Shown piece by piece: positions 31,476-39,094 of a DNA stretch of 64,000 nt. This stretch comes from a virus, in IMG/VR virus record IMGVR_UViG_3300033153_008400, positions 58,744 through 122,743 of that record. One strand, given 5' to 3'. Both the position numbers and the translations under genes were made by a program. Position 1 is the first letter of the stretch; each line of letters opens with the position of its first letter. The notes beneath the pieces were generated by a model, which did not search any database, was not told the origin of the DNA, and was given only the letters and a program-made list of their open reading frames with translations.

Positions 31476-31757
31476 ATGAAAAAAAGAGACCTCAAAGGGT
31501 ATGTCAGATTCGATGGATCAGGCCGAATTGTAGCAGGAAGTTTAGTACTAAGAAGAAAAATGCCTAAAGTGGGCAAGTGGCAAGAAGTCCCTTCTTATGA
31601 ATGTTGTAATACGACGACTACTACTACAGCAGCGCCTACTACGACAACGACTACTACGGCAGCTCCGACAACAACAACAACGACCACGGCAGCGCCTACG
31701 ACTACTACGACAACAACCGTAGCACCGACAACAACAACAACAACAACAGGAGCATAA
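31476..31757 (+). CDS. Small mucin-like protein: basic 45-aa head plus (T7AAP)n tail
   Basis: 34 Thr in five tracts separated by AAP/VAP; no signal peptide. Confidence 0.85.
   Translation: MKKRDLKGYVRFDGSGRIVAGSLVLRRKMPKVGKWQEVPSYECCNTTTTTTAAPTTTTTTTAAPTTTTTTTAAPTTTTTTTVAPTTTTTTTGA
31611..31748 (+). repeat. 30-bp-period repeat encoding T7-AAP
   Basis: All four Thr codons are interleaved while the 10-aa period is kept. Confidence 0.95.
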
Positions 31758-31761
31758 TAGT

Positions 31762-32172
31762 ATGAATAATATATTTCCAAAAGGCATGATTAAACAAGAA
31801 TTGACTTGTGAAATAATAGCCTCAAAATTATCGATTTTTTATGAGCAAATTCATTTGCTTCATTTACAGACTTCTTCTTATGCTGAGCATATGGCCTTAG
31901 GTGGTTTATATGAATATATAGGAGGATTTAAAGATGATACTTTGGAAAAAATTATGGGATACAAAAGTGTAAGACTCAAAGCATTTGATTTAGGAGGTAC
32001 TCTTAAAGAGTACTCTCCTGGATTAAGTATTGAGCTTGTACAGGAATTAAAGGATTTTGCATATGATTTACAATTATATGCAGGAGAATATAATATGCCT
32101 GATATTGAGAATACAGCACAGGAATTATCTGGTCAAGCAGCTAAAACATTGTATCTTTTAACTTTGAAATAA
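31762..32172 (+). CDS. Ferritin/Dps-like four-helix protein (DUF5856-like)
   Basis: HLLHLQT.SYAEH.AL..LYE...D...E...G and C-terminal YLLTL. Confidence 0.7.
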   Translation: MNNIFPKGMIKQELTCEIIASKLSIFYEQIHLLHLQTSSYAEHMALGGLYEYIGGFKDDTLEKIMGYKSVRLKAFDLGGTLKEYSPGLSIELVQELKDFAYDLQLYAGEYNMPDIENTAQELSGQAAKTLYLLTLK

Positions 32173-32454
32173 GTGGAAACTCTCAGGAAATTCTTTCCTT
32201 CGATATTATCTGAGAATGAAGCAACATATTTTGCTCAATTAGAAGGTATAGTTGGTTCTGTAGATGAACTTAGTTCTTTACAGATAACGCGAACTTCAGA
32301 TTCTTATGCTTTTAGGATAGCTCCAAGTCATCCTAAGTATAATAATTTGTTGATAGAAGAATTATTGAAGTATCATAATTTATTTAAAATTAGATTGGAT
32401 ATGTCTAAAAGCATAAAAACATCTGGTACTATTGTATTTAAAATAAGTTTATAA
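32173..32454 (+). CDS. Hypothetical protein
   Basis: Abuts the preceding stop codon; GTG start. Confidence 0.55.
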   Translation: METLRKFFPSILSENEATYFAQLEGIVGSVDELSSLQITRTSDSYAFRIAPSHPKYNNLLIEELLKYHNLFKIRLDMSKSIKTSGTIVFKISL

Positions 32455-32468
32455 CTAAAAAAGTTATT

Positions 32469-32506
32469 AAAAAAGAAAGAGCCTATCAGTTAGATGATAG
32501 GCCCTT
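32469..32506 (-). terminator. Intrinsic terminator on the minus strand
   Basis: Minus strand reads AAGGGCCTATCA-tctaac-TGATAGGCTCTT followed by TCTTTTTT. Confidence 0.7.
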
Positions 32507-32556
32507 ACATGGCAGAATTCATAAAGTACTAGTTTAATATTCGAGTTTATTCTCGC
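32469..32556 (-). ncRNA. Candidate ~85-nt small RNA
   Basis: Minus-strand TATGTTTG box (32568-32561), 5' hairpin CGAG-aataaa-CTCG, terminator, and no substantial ORF. Confidence 0.45.
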
Positions 32557-32616
32557 TTTACAAACATACAAAATTAATTCTAACTAAAAAAATTAGTAAT
32601 TTTATATATTTTTCAC

Positions 32617-32624
32617 TAAATTTG
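32617..32624 (+). promoter_or_regulatory. Bacteroidetes -7 promoter box
   Basis: TAAATTTG about 25 bp before the ATG at 32650; overlaps a short TCAC/GTGA inverted repeat. Confidence 0.6.
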
Positions 32625-32649
32625 TGAGTAACATTTAAAAACTACATTT

Positions 32650-32943
32650 ATGACAGCAGAAAAAGATAAAAAAGCACCTATCAAATTAAAAGCAAAACCA
32701 GTATATGATCCAGCTAAGAAATACACTTGGCCTAAGGATGCAATATTTGAATTAACAGGAGATCAATTTGGTCTTTGGTTAAATTCTGTAAGGAATAAAG
32801 TAACATCTAAAGAAGCTATGAATTATAGAATAGCTTTTGAAGCAAATAATGTTATTGAAGGTATAATGGCTAAAGGCGTTGAAGCTGGTGTCATTACAGA
32901 AATGGAACAATCTCAACAAAATGGCAAAGAAAACAACTCATAA
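32650..32943 (+). CDS. Hypothetical protein
   Basis: ORF with its own candidate promoter. Confidence 0.6.
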   Translation: MTAEKDKKAPIKLKAKPVYDPAKKYTWPKDAIFELTGDQFGLWLNSVRNKVTSKEAMNYRIAFEANNVIEGIMAKGVEAGVITEMEQSQQNGKENNS

Positions 32944-33040
32944 AAAAGCACCAAAGGTACATATTCAAAAAGGTCCTTCCCGTAATTATATGCGAGAGGC
33001 AGATCAAATGAAACCTTCTCAAAAGAGAAATAAAACATAA
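32921..33040 (+). CDS. Small basic peptide (39 aa, not in the ORF track)
   Basis: MAKKTTHKKAPKVHIQKGPSRNYMREADQMKPSQKRNKT; overlaps the upstream stop and ends just before the terminator. Confidence 0.5.
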   Translation: MAKKTTHKKAPKVHIQKGPSRNYMREADQMKPSQKRNKT

Positions 33041-33073
33041 TCATGCATACTTGGTACTCTGTGAAAGTAGAGG

Positions 33074-33101
33074 GGCCTCTTATTAATTTAAGAGGCCTTT
33101 T
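33074..33101. terminator. Terminator at the convergence of the two arms
   Basis: GGCCTCTTA-ttaatt-TAAGAGGCC followed by TTTT. Confidence 0.8.
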
Positions 33102-33106
33102 GTGTG

Positions 33107-33595
33107 TTATTTGATAACGATAAAGTTCTTTCCTGCACCTTTAAAGTATGTTATTCCTTTATTTAGTTTCTCAGATATACCCCGAGCTAATTCTATTTCA
33201 GGTCCTCTGTTTGTATCATCTACTATGATAGGTACAGATGTATCGAACAGGTGTATATTATATAAGAATCCTTCACGACCTATGTTCCCAGGAGGACCAT
33301 CTACCAGAATCATGTCATATTTTACACCTTTGAGTGCAGCTCTTATTGCTATTAACGAATACCATTTATAATTACGATAAGTTTGTATTGGAGCATATAT
33401 GTAATTAGAGTCTTCTACATGATTTAACCATCCTTTGTTATGTTCTATTGAATATACTTTCCACTTTTTGATTAATTCAGTTGTTCCTGTACCACTACCT
33501 AATTCCAATATGGTTTTACCTTCTTCTAAGTTATCAACAATCCATTTGTATAGTTCAGTGGATATTGCCCACCCATTTAAATTTTTTTCATTCAT
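33107..33595 (-). CDS. Class I SAM-dependent methyltransferase (sugar O-methyltransferase-like)
   Basis: ILELGSG.GT, DMILVDGP, IIVDD..R. Confidence 0.8.
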   Translation of the reverse strand: MNEKNLNGWAISTELYKWIVDNLEEGKTILELGSGTGTTELIKKWKVYSIEHNKGWLNHVEDSNYIYAPIQTYRNYKWYSLIAIRAALKGVKYDMILVDGPPGNIGREGFLYNIHLFDTSVPIIVDDTNRGPEIELARGISEKLNKGITYFKGAGKNFIVIK

Positions 33596-33601
33596 AATTG
33601 T

Positions 33602-34225
33602 TTATATGTGTTGGTTAAGGACTTTGAATTTTTCAATCCAACCAAATCCTTTTTTGTTATAATGTAAGTCACTGTGAAATGCATTTAAGCAAAATTCAGA
33701 AAAGTAAGTGTGTTTTATTTGTGATTTGAATGCTAATAATCGTGTTTTCTTTTCAACATAAAAATCATTAATTTCTACGGCTAAGTTAGGAACCCACATT
33801 GTATCAGCAGATGGAGTAAAGTATTCATATAAATTATACTTAGATACCCTAGAGAGCGAACGACCTAAATTACTAACTTTAACATGGAAGAAATGATTAT
33901 CTTCTCTACAGGGGATAAATATTGCATCATACTGTTGTAAATTATATTCTTTTTCTAATTTATAGACAGCTATGTCTTGTTTAAATTTATTAGGTTCTAG
34001 TCCTTCGATATAGATTATGTTTACATTTTCAACATCTTTCCAAAAAGCTATCACTTCTTCATACCTAGTCTTATTCTTAGTCAAATCTAAGTCACCTCCA
34101 AAGCTGAATACATAGATATCAAATACAGTAGATTTAAATTTTAAAATAGTTCCACTCATTGAGTATTCTATATCGTCTGGATGTGGACTCAGACACATAA
34201 CACGATCATTATTTAAGAATTTCAT
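33602..34225 (-). CDS. PIG-L/LmbE-family N-deacetylase
   Basis: LSPHPDD, R..E, D.H..H, K......FKSQ. Confidence 0.85.
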   Translation of the reverse strand: MKFLNNDRVMCLSPHPDDIEYSMSGTILKFKSTVFDIYVFSFGGDLDLTKNKTRYEEVIAFWKDVENVNIIYIEGLEPNKFKQDIAVYKLEKEYNLQQYDAIFIPCREDNHFFHVKVSNLGRSLSRVSKYNLYEYFTPSADTMWVPNLAVEINDFYVEKKTRLLAFKSQIKHTYFSEFCLNAFHSDLHYNKKGFGWIEKFKVLNQHI

Positions 34226-35082
34226 ATACTTGGCATTGATTTGAATAATTTTCCAGTATAAAATTTAATACCATTCCTACGTAAGAAATCACGTAAATCT
34301 TCTGTTATTGGGTTTTGTTCACCATATATCTTCATATCATTTAAATCATAAATGATTATTGATTCAGGTAATCCTAATTCTATTCTATTTTTAAGTGGAT
34401 TATATCCTAAAAATTTTACACCTTTAATTCCTTTTGCAGGGCATAAAACATCATACCATCTTTTTAAAATAGGAAGTAATAATTCTGCTCTTTCTTTAGG
34501 AAGCAATACTTTTTTAGGATACATGTTTTTCCTAATGACTTTACAAGGTACTCCTGCAGCCAATGATCCAGAGGGTATATCTTTAGTAATTATGCTACCA
34601 ATACCTATTACAGTATTATTACCAATGGTAGTATTAGGTAAGACAATACATCTGGCTGGTAACCATACATTATCTTCTATAGTAACAGGACCAAAATCAG
34701 CAGGAAATCCTTGTAGGATATCCAACCATGCTCCGTGTGTCCAGATCATGACACCGTCGCCTATACCAACATCATTCCCTATTTTAACAGGGCTATTTGG
34801 GTTTATTACGGTATTCTCAAAAATACCAACATGGTCTCCTATTTCAACAGTAGCCTCTGGATTCTTATGACCACCTCTACCAACTTCAACGTTCTTTCCC
34901 ATATATAAGTAATCACCTGCTGTAAATGTTTGACAATTTATTGTACAACCATCTTTGATAACACAACAATCTCCTAGTCTGAATGTACCTTTGACATTAA
35001 TCTTAACATTATTTCCTATTACGCAGTTTTTACCATAAAGGATTTTATCTGCATTTATCATTGCGTTTTTATGTATGCTCAT
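34222..35082 (-). CDS. Left-handed beta-helix sugar O/N-acyltransferase
   Basis: Hexapeptide repeats, IWTH, VTIEDNVW, TKDIP...AGVP.KVI. Confidence 0.9.
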   Translation of the reverse strand: MSIHKNAMINADKILYGKNCVIGNNVKINVKGTFRLGDCCVIKDGCTINCQTFTAGDYLYMGKNVEVGRGGHKNPEATVEIGDHVGIFENTVINPNSPVKIGNDVGIGDGVMIWTHGAWLDILQGFPADFGPVTIEDNVWLPARCIVLPNTTIGNNTVIGIGSIITKDIPSGSLAAGVPCKVIRKNMYPKKVLLPKERAELLLPILKRWYDVLCPAKGIKGVKFLGYNPLKNRIELGLPESIIIYDLNDMKIYGEQNPITEDLRDFLRRNGIKFYTGKLFKSMPSI

Positions 35083-35881
35083 TTGATTGATTTTTATTAT
35101 AAGTTATTATTTCTTCTTGTATATCATCTACATATTGACAAGTATTGAACCAATGACTACCCGTTCTTTTTCTTAGATTAATATATTTTTTACTTAGATG
35201 TTCAGTAAGTGAATTTTCTATATCATTCAGTGGTATTACCTTAGTTAAGAATTTAGTACAATATGCTTCAGTCATAGCAGTACATTTGATATTGTAGCCA
35301 TTAACTAATTTAGGAATAGCATTGAATCCCTCTTCAATTAATAATTTAAGTTGCTCCTGGGAGATGATCAAAGATGACTGATGTAGATTCTTGGGTTCCA
35401 TAAAGTCTTCCCCATTTATTGTTACTATCTTGCCTAGACCTCTGTAAGATGCGTGGAAGGCTGGTAGTAATTTCCTGCCTTTGTCTTCCTCATAGGTGAG
35501 GTTTCCAATAATGTAACCATCTAGTTTATTTTCGCCATAGCTATATTTGACAAACTGTTTAAAATTCTTTTCATTGAAAGCTATATCGTCTTCTAAATGT
35601 ATGAATATATCATAGTCATTGACTTTAGATAGCATATCTGCTCTATATAACCATATAAATTCGGGTTCTGGTTGCCAGCCATTGGCCCACACGGAATTAC
35701 TGAAGACCTTGGGCTTGATTATGACGCTGACGACGAGTTCAGTGTCCAAATTGAGTGCTTCTGTAGTATAAATGATGACATCTAAGTCTAAATCAAAGGA
35801 TTTTAAGTTATTTAATATTTTATTTACATGTCTAACTTTCTTATTGCCTTCATAATTTGTTATATATACTAATCCTTTCAT
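35069..35881 (-). CDS. Putative GT-A glycosyltransferase
   Basis: YDIFIHLEDDI and C-terminal EHL; lies in the glycan gene cluster. Confidence 0.6.
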   Translation of the reverse strand: MKGLVYITNYEGNKKVRHVNKILNNLKSFDLDLDVIIYTTEALNLDTELVVSVIIKPKVFSNSVWANGWQPEPEFIWLYRADMLSKVNDYDIFIHLEDDIAFNEKNFKQFVKYSYGENKLDGYIIGNLTYEEDKGRKLLPAFHASYRGLGKIVTINGEDFMEPKNLHQSSLIISQEQLKLLIEEGFNAIPKLVNGYNIKCTAMTEAYCTKFLTKVIPLNDIENSLTEHLSKKYINLRKRTGSHWFNTCQYVDDIQEEIITYNKNQSNEHT

Positions 35882-36420
35882 TTTTTTACTAATATGGTTA
35901 GACCATTATTATTTGTGAATCTTTCTTTAATACTCCATTCAGGATTATCTTCCATAAATTCTTCAATAGCTGGCCATAGTCCTAATCTGGAAAGTCCATC
36001 ATATGATTCACCTATATAAGCATATGTAGTAGTATCATGAAAAATAAGATATTTACTTACTTTTGGAGCATGTAGTTTAAGTTCTACAGATAGTTGATCA
36101 TAATTATGAAGAGTATCAATAAACAATAATTCAGTAGGGTCTATCTCTATTTCTAAGGTATTACCTATTATAAATTGAAAATTTGTATAATTTTCTTCTA
36201 AAGCTTGTTTTTGAAGAGGTTTCCAATCACAATTTCTTATATCATATGATATTAATGTATAAGGATGTCCAGCCAGTAAAGCATATGTAGAAACAATTCC
36301 TCTAACTCCCATTTCTGTTACATGTCTACATTTTTTAGCATATCTTTTCAGAATAGGTAAGTGTTCGTTTATGTCTGAGGGTTTATCCCACAGTTCTTGA
36401 TATTTATTTTCTATGTTCAT
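35878..36420 (-). CDS. SAM-dependent methyltransferase (Methyltransf_24-like)
   Basis: VTEMGVR.G.ST, LFIDTLH.Y, IFHDT. Confidence 0.85.
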   Translation of the reverse strand: MNIENKYQELWDKPSDINEHLPILKRYAKKCRHVTEMGVRGIVSTYALLAGHPYTLISYDIRNCDWKPLQKQALEENYTNFQFIIGNTLEIEIDPTELLFIDTLHNYDQLSVELKLHAPKVSKYLIFHDTTTYAYIGESYDGLSRLGLWPAIEEFMEDNPEWSIKERFTNNNGLTILVKK

Positions 36421-37180
36421 TACAATAATCTTTAAGTTGTTGTTGATAATCTATATCCCAGTGAGGATTTAGTACAATGTTACCTGTAGGAATGTTTCCT
36501 TTAACACGTTCACTTTCTATGTGCTCAGAATTCCTTACTACAATATTAGGTCTTGTATCGTTGTCTTTGCCTAAGCCTGATTGATGATAGGACCTATTTG
36601 CCCAGTAATAGAACCAACTTACTTCATCATCTGGAGGGAATGCTCGAACAACTTTTTCATCACCCAGAGCTCTGATGGATACAACCAATACCATGTCTCC
36701 ACCTGCATTCATGAGTGGACTCTTTCCGATGGCTTCCCATGCCCCTTTGGAGTACACTATACCTGAATTACCTATAGTCATTATCTTAGATATTTTCTTA
36801 TTGTTATAAGCTACTCCTCGGTTCCAATGTAATAAGTTAGTGTCCTTCTTCCAATACTTAACTACATTCTGTAAGTGGTTAGGCATAGCTATGTCATCAT
36901 CATCCCACACAGCTATTAGCGGCCCTTTACAGAGTTCTATAGCATAGTTCTCTTTCTCACCTATCAGTGGAAAGGTATCATCAAGGTTATATATCTTTAC
37001 TTGAGGATGACTAAATTTTAATTTTTGTAGTGGATAGTCATTTACAATGATGAGTTCACACTTATCAGCAGGATAGTCCTGGATAAGAAAACTATGGAGA
37101 GCCTCTTCTAATGTAGGGACTCTGCCGTGCGTGATGCACTTGCATGAAATCATAGGATATTCTTTATCTTTATCATACAT
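36404..37180 (-). CDS. Family 2-like glycosyltransferase
   Basis: S...T.GR...L..AL.SF..QDY, ELIIVND, WDDDD. Confidence 0.85.
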   Translation of the reverse strand: MYDKDKEYPMISCKCITHGRVPTLEEALHSFLIQDYPADKCELIIVNDYPLQKLKFSHPQVKIYNLDDTFPLIGEKENYAIELCKGPLIAVWDDDDIAMPNHLQNVVKYWKKDTNLLHWNRGVAYNNKKISKIMTIGNSGIVYSKGAWEAIGKSPLMNAGGDMVLVVSIRALGDEKVVRAFPPDDEVSWFYYWANRSYHQSGLGKDNDTRPNIVVRNSEHIESERVKGNIPTGNIVLNPHWDIDYQQQLKDYCNEHRK

Positions 37181-37907
37181 ATTTGTAACTTGTTTTATTT
37201 TTAATATTTCTTCTATTAGTTAATTGATCACGTAATGTACTAGGATTCATACCTAAGTATTCAGCTAATTCTTTTGCAGAATCAAAAATTCTTCCTGTTT
37301 CTGTATTAATTACTTCTTTACCTGAAGATTTTGACATTTTAACTTTAGCTTCTTCAGAAAATTTACCACCTTTATTCCAAGGAGTATATCCTTTTTGAAA
37401 AGGACTAGACTTTTTAATACTTTCAATGTGTTTTTTAGATTTTGGCTTACCTTTGGATGCTAATGACATTTTACGTCTAGTTTCAGCAGATTGAGGAGGT
37501 CTAATCTTAACTTTAGCAGCTATTTTAGCTCTTTGAGATTTAGTCCACTTTCTACCAATATTTTTAGCACCACATTTCTTTTTAGTAGTTTTAGAGAACC
37601 CTTTTCCTCCATCTCCTCCTGCTGTATGATTTACAAGGATACCTGTATTGATATCTTGTCTACCATAAAATGCTATTAATTCTATTTCTTTAGCAAGTGC
37701 TTGTTTGGCTGTTACATTATCTAAAACTATCTCTACTTCAACTCCAAATTTATCGGCATAATTAAACCAAAATTTACTTCTACTTCTTCTTCCTTTCCAA
37801 TGACTAGAATTTGCTCTTTGATAATTATCAAAAGATCGCAACCCTCCTACTCCTATGTAGAAAGGTTGCTTATTATCTTTTCTAATATGTTTATAAACAT
37901 ATGCCAC
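37173..37907 (-). mobile_element. Free-standing GIY-YIG-like homing endonuclease with NUMOD3 repeats and a C-terminal HTH
   Basis: YVY.H...PFYIG.G, E..LI...G, L.N.T.GGDG, SAETRRKMS, PWNKG, IFDS..ELA..L. Confidence 0.8.
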
Positions 37908-38170
37908 TATTCTACTAACTCATAAGTTAATTCAAAAATATCAGGTTTACACGGATAGTGTTCTCCACTTATACCTTTTATAATCCAATCTTTAGGATCA
38001 GCTTTCATATCACCTTCTAAAGTGTGTATTACAATTCCTCCATCTCTGGATTGTTCCCAGTCTCTATTCATTTCATTTAGAAATTCAACTAATTCATCAG
38101 ATGCTTCTTCTTCACTTCCTGGAAGTTGAAAAGCTTCTATTATTACGGGTTTCTTTCTATACTTTCCCAT
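37907..38170 (-). CDS. Conserved phage protein (KYRKKPV family)
   Basis: KYRKKPV.IEA.Q...I.TLEG.M....DWIIKG..GE.YPCKPDIF..TYE. Confidence 0.75.
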   Translation of the reverse strand: MGKYRKKPVIIEAFQLPGSEEEASDELVEFLNEMNRDWEQSRDGGIVIHTLEGDMKADPKDWIIKGISGEHYPCKPDIFELTYELVE

Positions 38171-38171
38171 A

Positions 38172-38480
38172 TTACCAGATATGTACAATTTCAAATGGGT
38201 TTATCATCATCACGGACAGATCTTTAGTAAGATTCACCAGATCACCTCGTATGATACCTTCTTTTCCTACCATGACCTCATCACCTATCTTAATATCATC
38301 TGTAAGAACACCTGTTCCTATATCATAGACAACACCTCTTTCTAATTTTTTTGCGGCTTCGGCAACTAGTTCTTTTTTAGCACTGTCTGCCATCTGAATA
38401 GAATACGTTGGTAATTCCATTTTAATATAAATTCTATTTCCTAATAATGTTTTATAAGGTTTTTCTTGTTCTTTACTCAT
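38172..38480 (-). CDS. groES: GroES-like co-chaperonin
   Basis: LGNRI.I, G.V..IG.G, IKIGD.V; about 100 aa. Confidence 0.65.
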   Translation of the reverse strand: MSKEQEKPYKTLLGNRIYIKMELPTYSIQMADSAKKELVAEAAKKLERGVVYDIGTGVLTDDIKIGDEVMVGKEGIIRGDLVNLTKDLSVMMINPFEIVHIW

Positions 38481-38859
38481 TATTTAAATATTTAGTTATT
38501 AATTTTTCTCGTTCTTTATTAATGTACTCATATCGGTACATATCATTCTCAACGTTAGCATGTTCGTCTACTGTCAAAAGTATGATATTTTCTTCAATAT
38601 ATGCTAATTTAGGATACTTGGACTTAGGTAGAATATGATGAAAATATACACTTAATGGTTCTTTACCTAAAGGTATTCCAGAAACTTCAGACCTATGGGC
38701 ACGATTTAACCAGATTTCATGGAAAAATACATGCATTGTCATAGCATTATCAAATTGCTTTAAAGCTTTAGGACCTGTTACTCTCATTTGTTTACGTGGT
38801 TTATGCTGAAAACAATAATTGCTCTCAGCATTTTTACCACAAACTTTACATTTCTTCAT
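38473..38859 (-). CDS. HNH-type nuclease
   Basis: FHHILPKS.YP.L....NI.LL...EH; N-terminal Cys/His motif. Confidence 0.7.
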   Translation of the reverse strand: MKKCKVCGKNAESNYCFQHKPRKQMRVTGPKALKQFDNAMTMHVFFHEIWLNRAHRSEVSGIPLGKEPLSVYFHHILPKSKYPKLAYIEENIILLTVDEHANVENDMYRYEYINKEREKLITKYLNNE

Positions 38860-39094
38860 TTCTATTTATTCCTATTGTTTCTAATGCATGTTCTTTAAGC
38901 ACATTATGTAAGTGATTACATTGTGTACAAGTTTCATTACCACAATGACTAAACCCTTCTCGTATTCCATCTGTTTTACATCCTCTCCAGAATTTTACTT
39001 GTCTGTCAGATACTTTTGAAGATGTTAGGTCATCAAGAACTTCTTCTATAATGAACTTTAATTCTTTTCTCGATTTAGAATATTCGCCTTTCAT
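38846..39094 (-). CDS. Hypothetical protein
   Basis: Overlapping ORF in the operon; Cys cluster. Confidence 0.5.
   Translation of the reverse strand: MKGEYSKSRKELKFIIEEVLDDLTSSKVSDRQVKFWRGCKTDGIREGFSHCGNETCTQCNHLHNVLKEHALETIGINRNEEM

Noticed and set aside
31611-31748. CRISPR array, or true antifreeze glycoprotein repeat
   Set aside because: It is a coding repeat without spacers, and the period is T7AAP, not (AAT)n. Ice-binding is untested and unsupported.
31548-31787. Cys/Arg-rich and poly-Val ORFs on the minus strand
   Set aside because: They are antisense shadows of the Thr-codon repeat.
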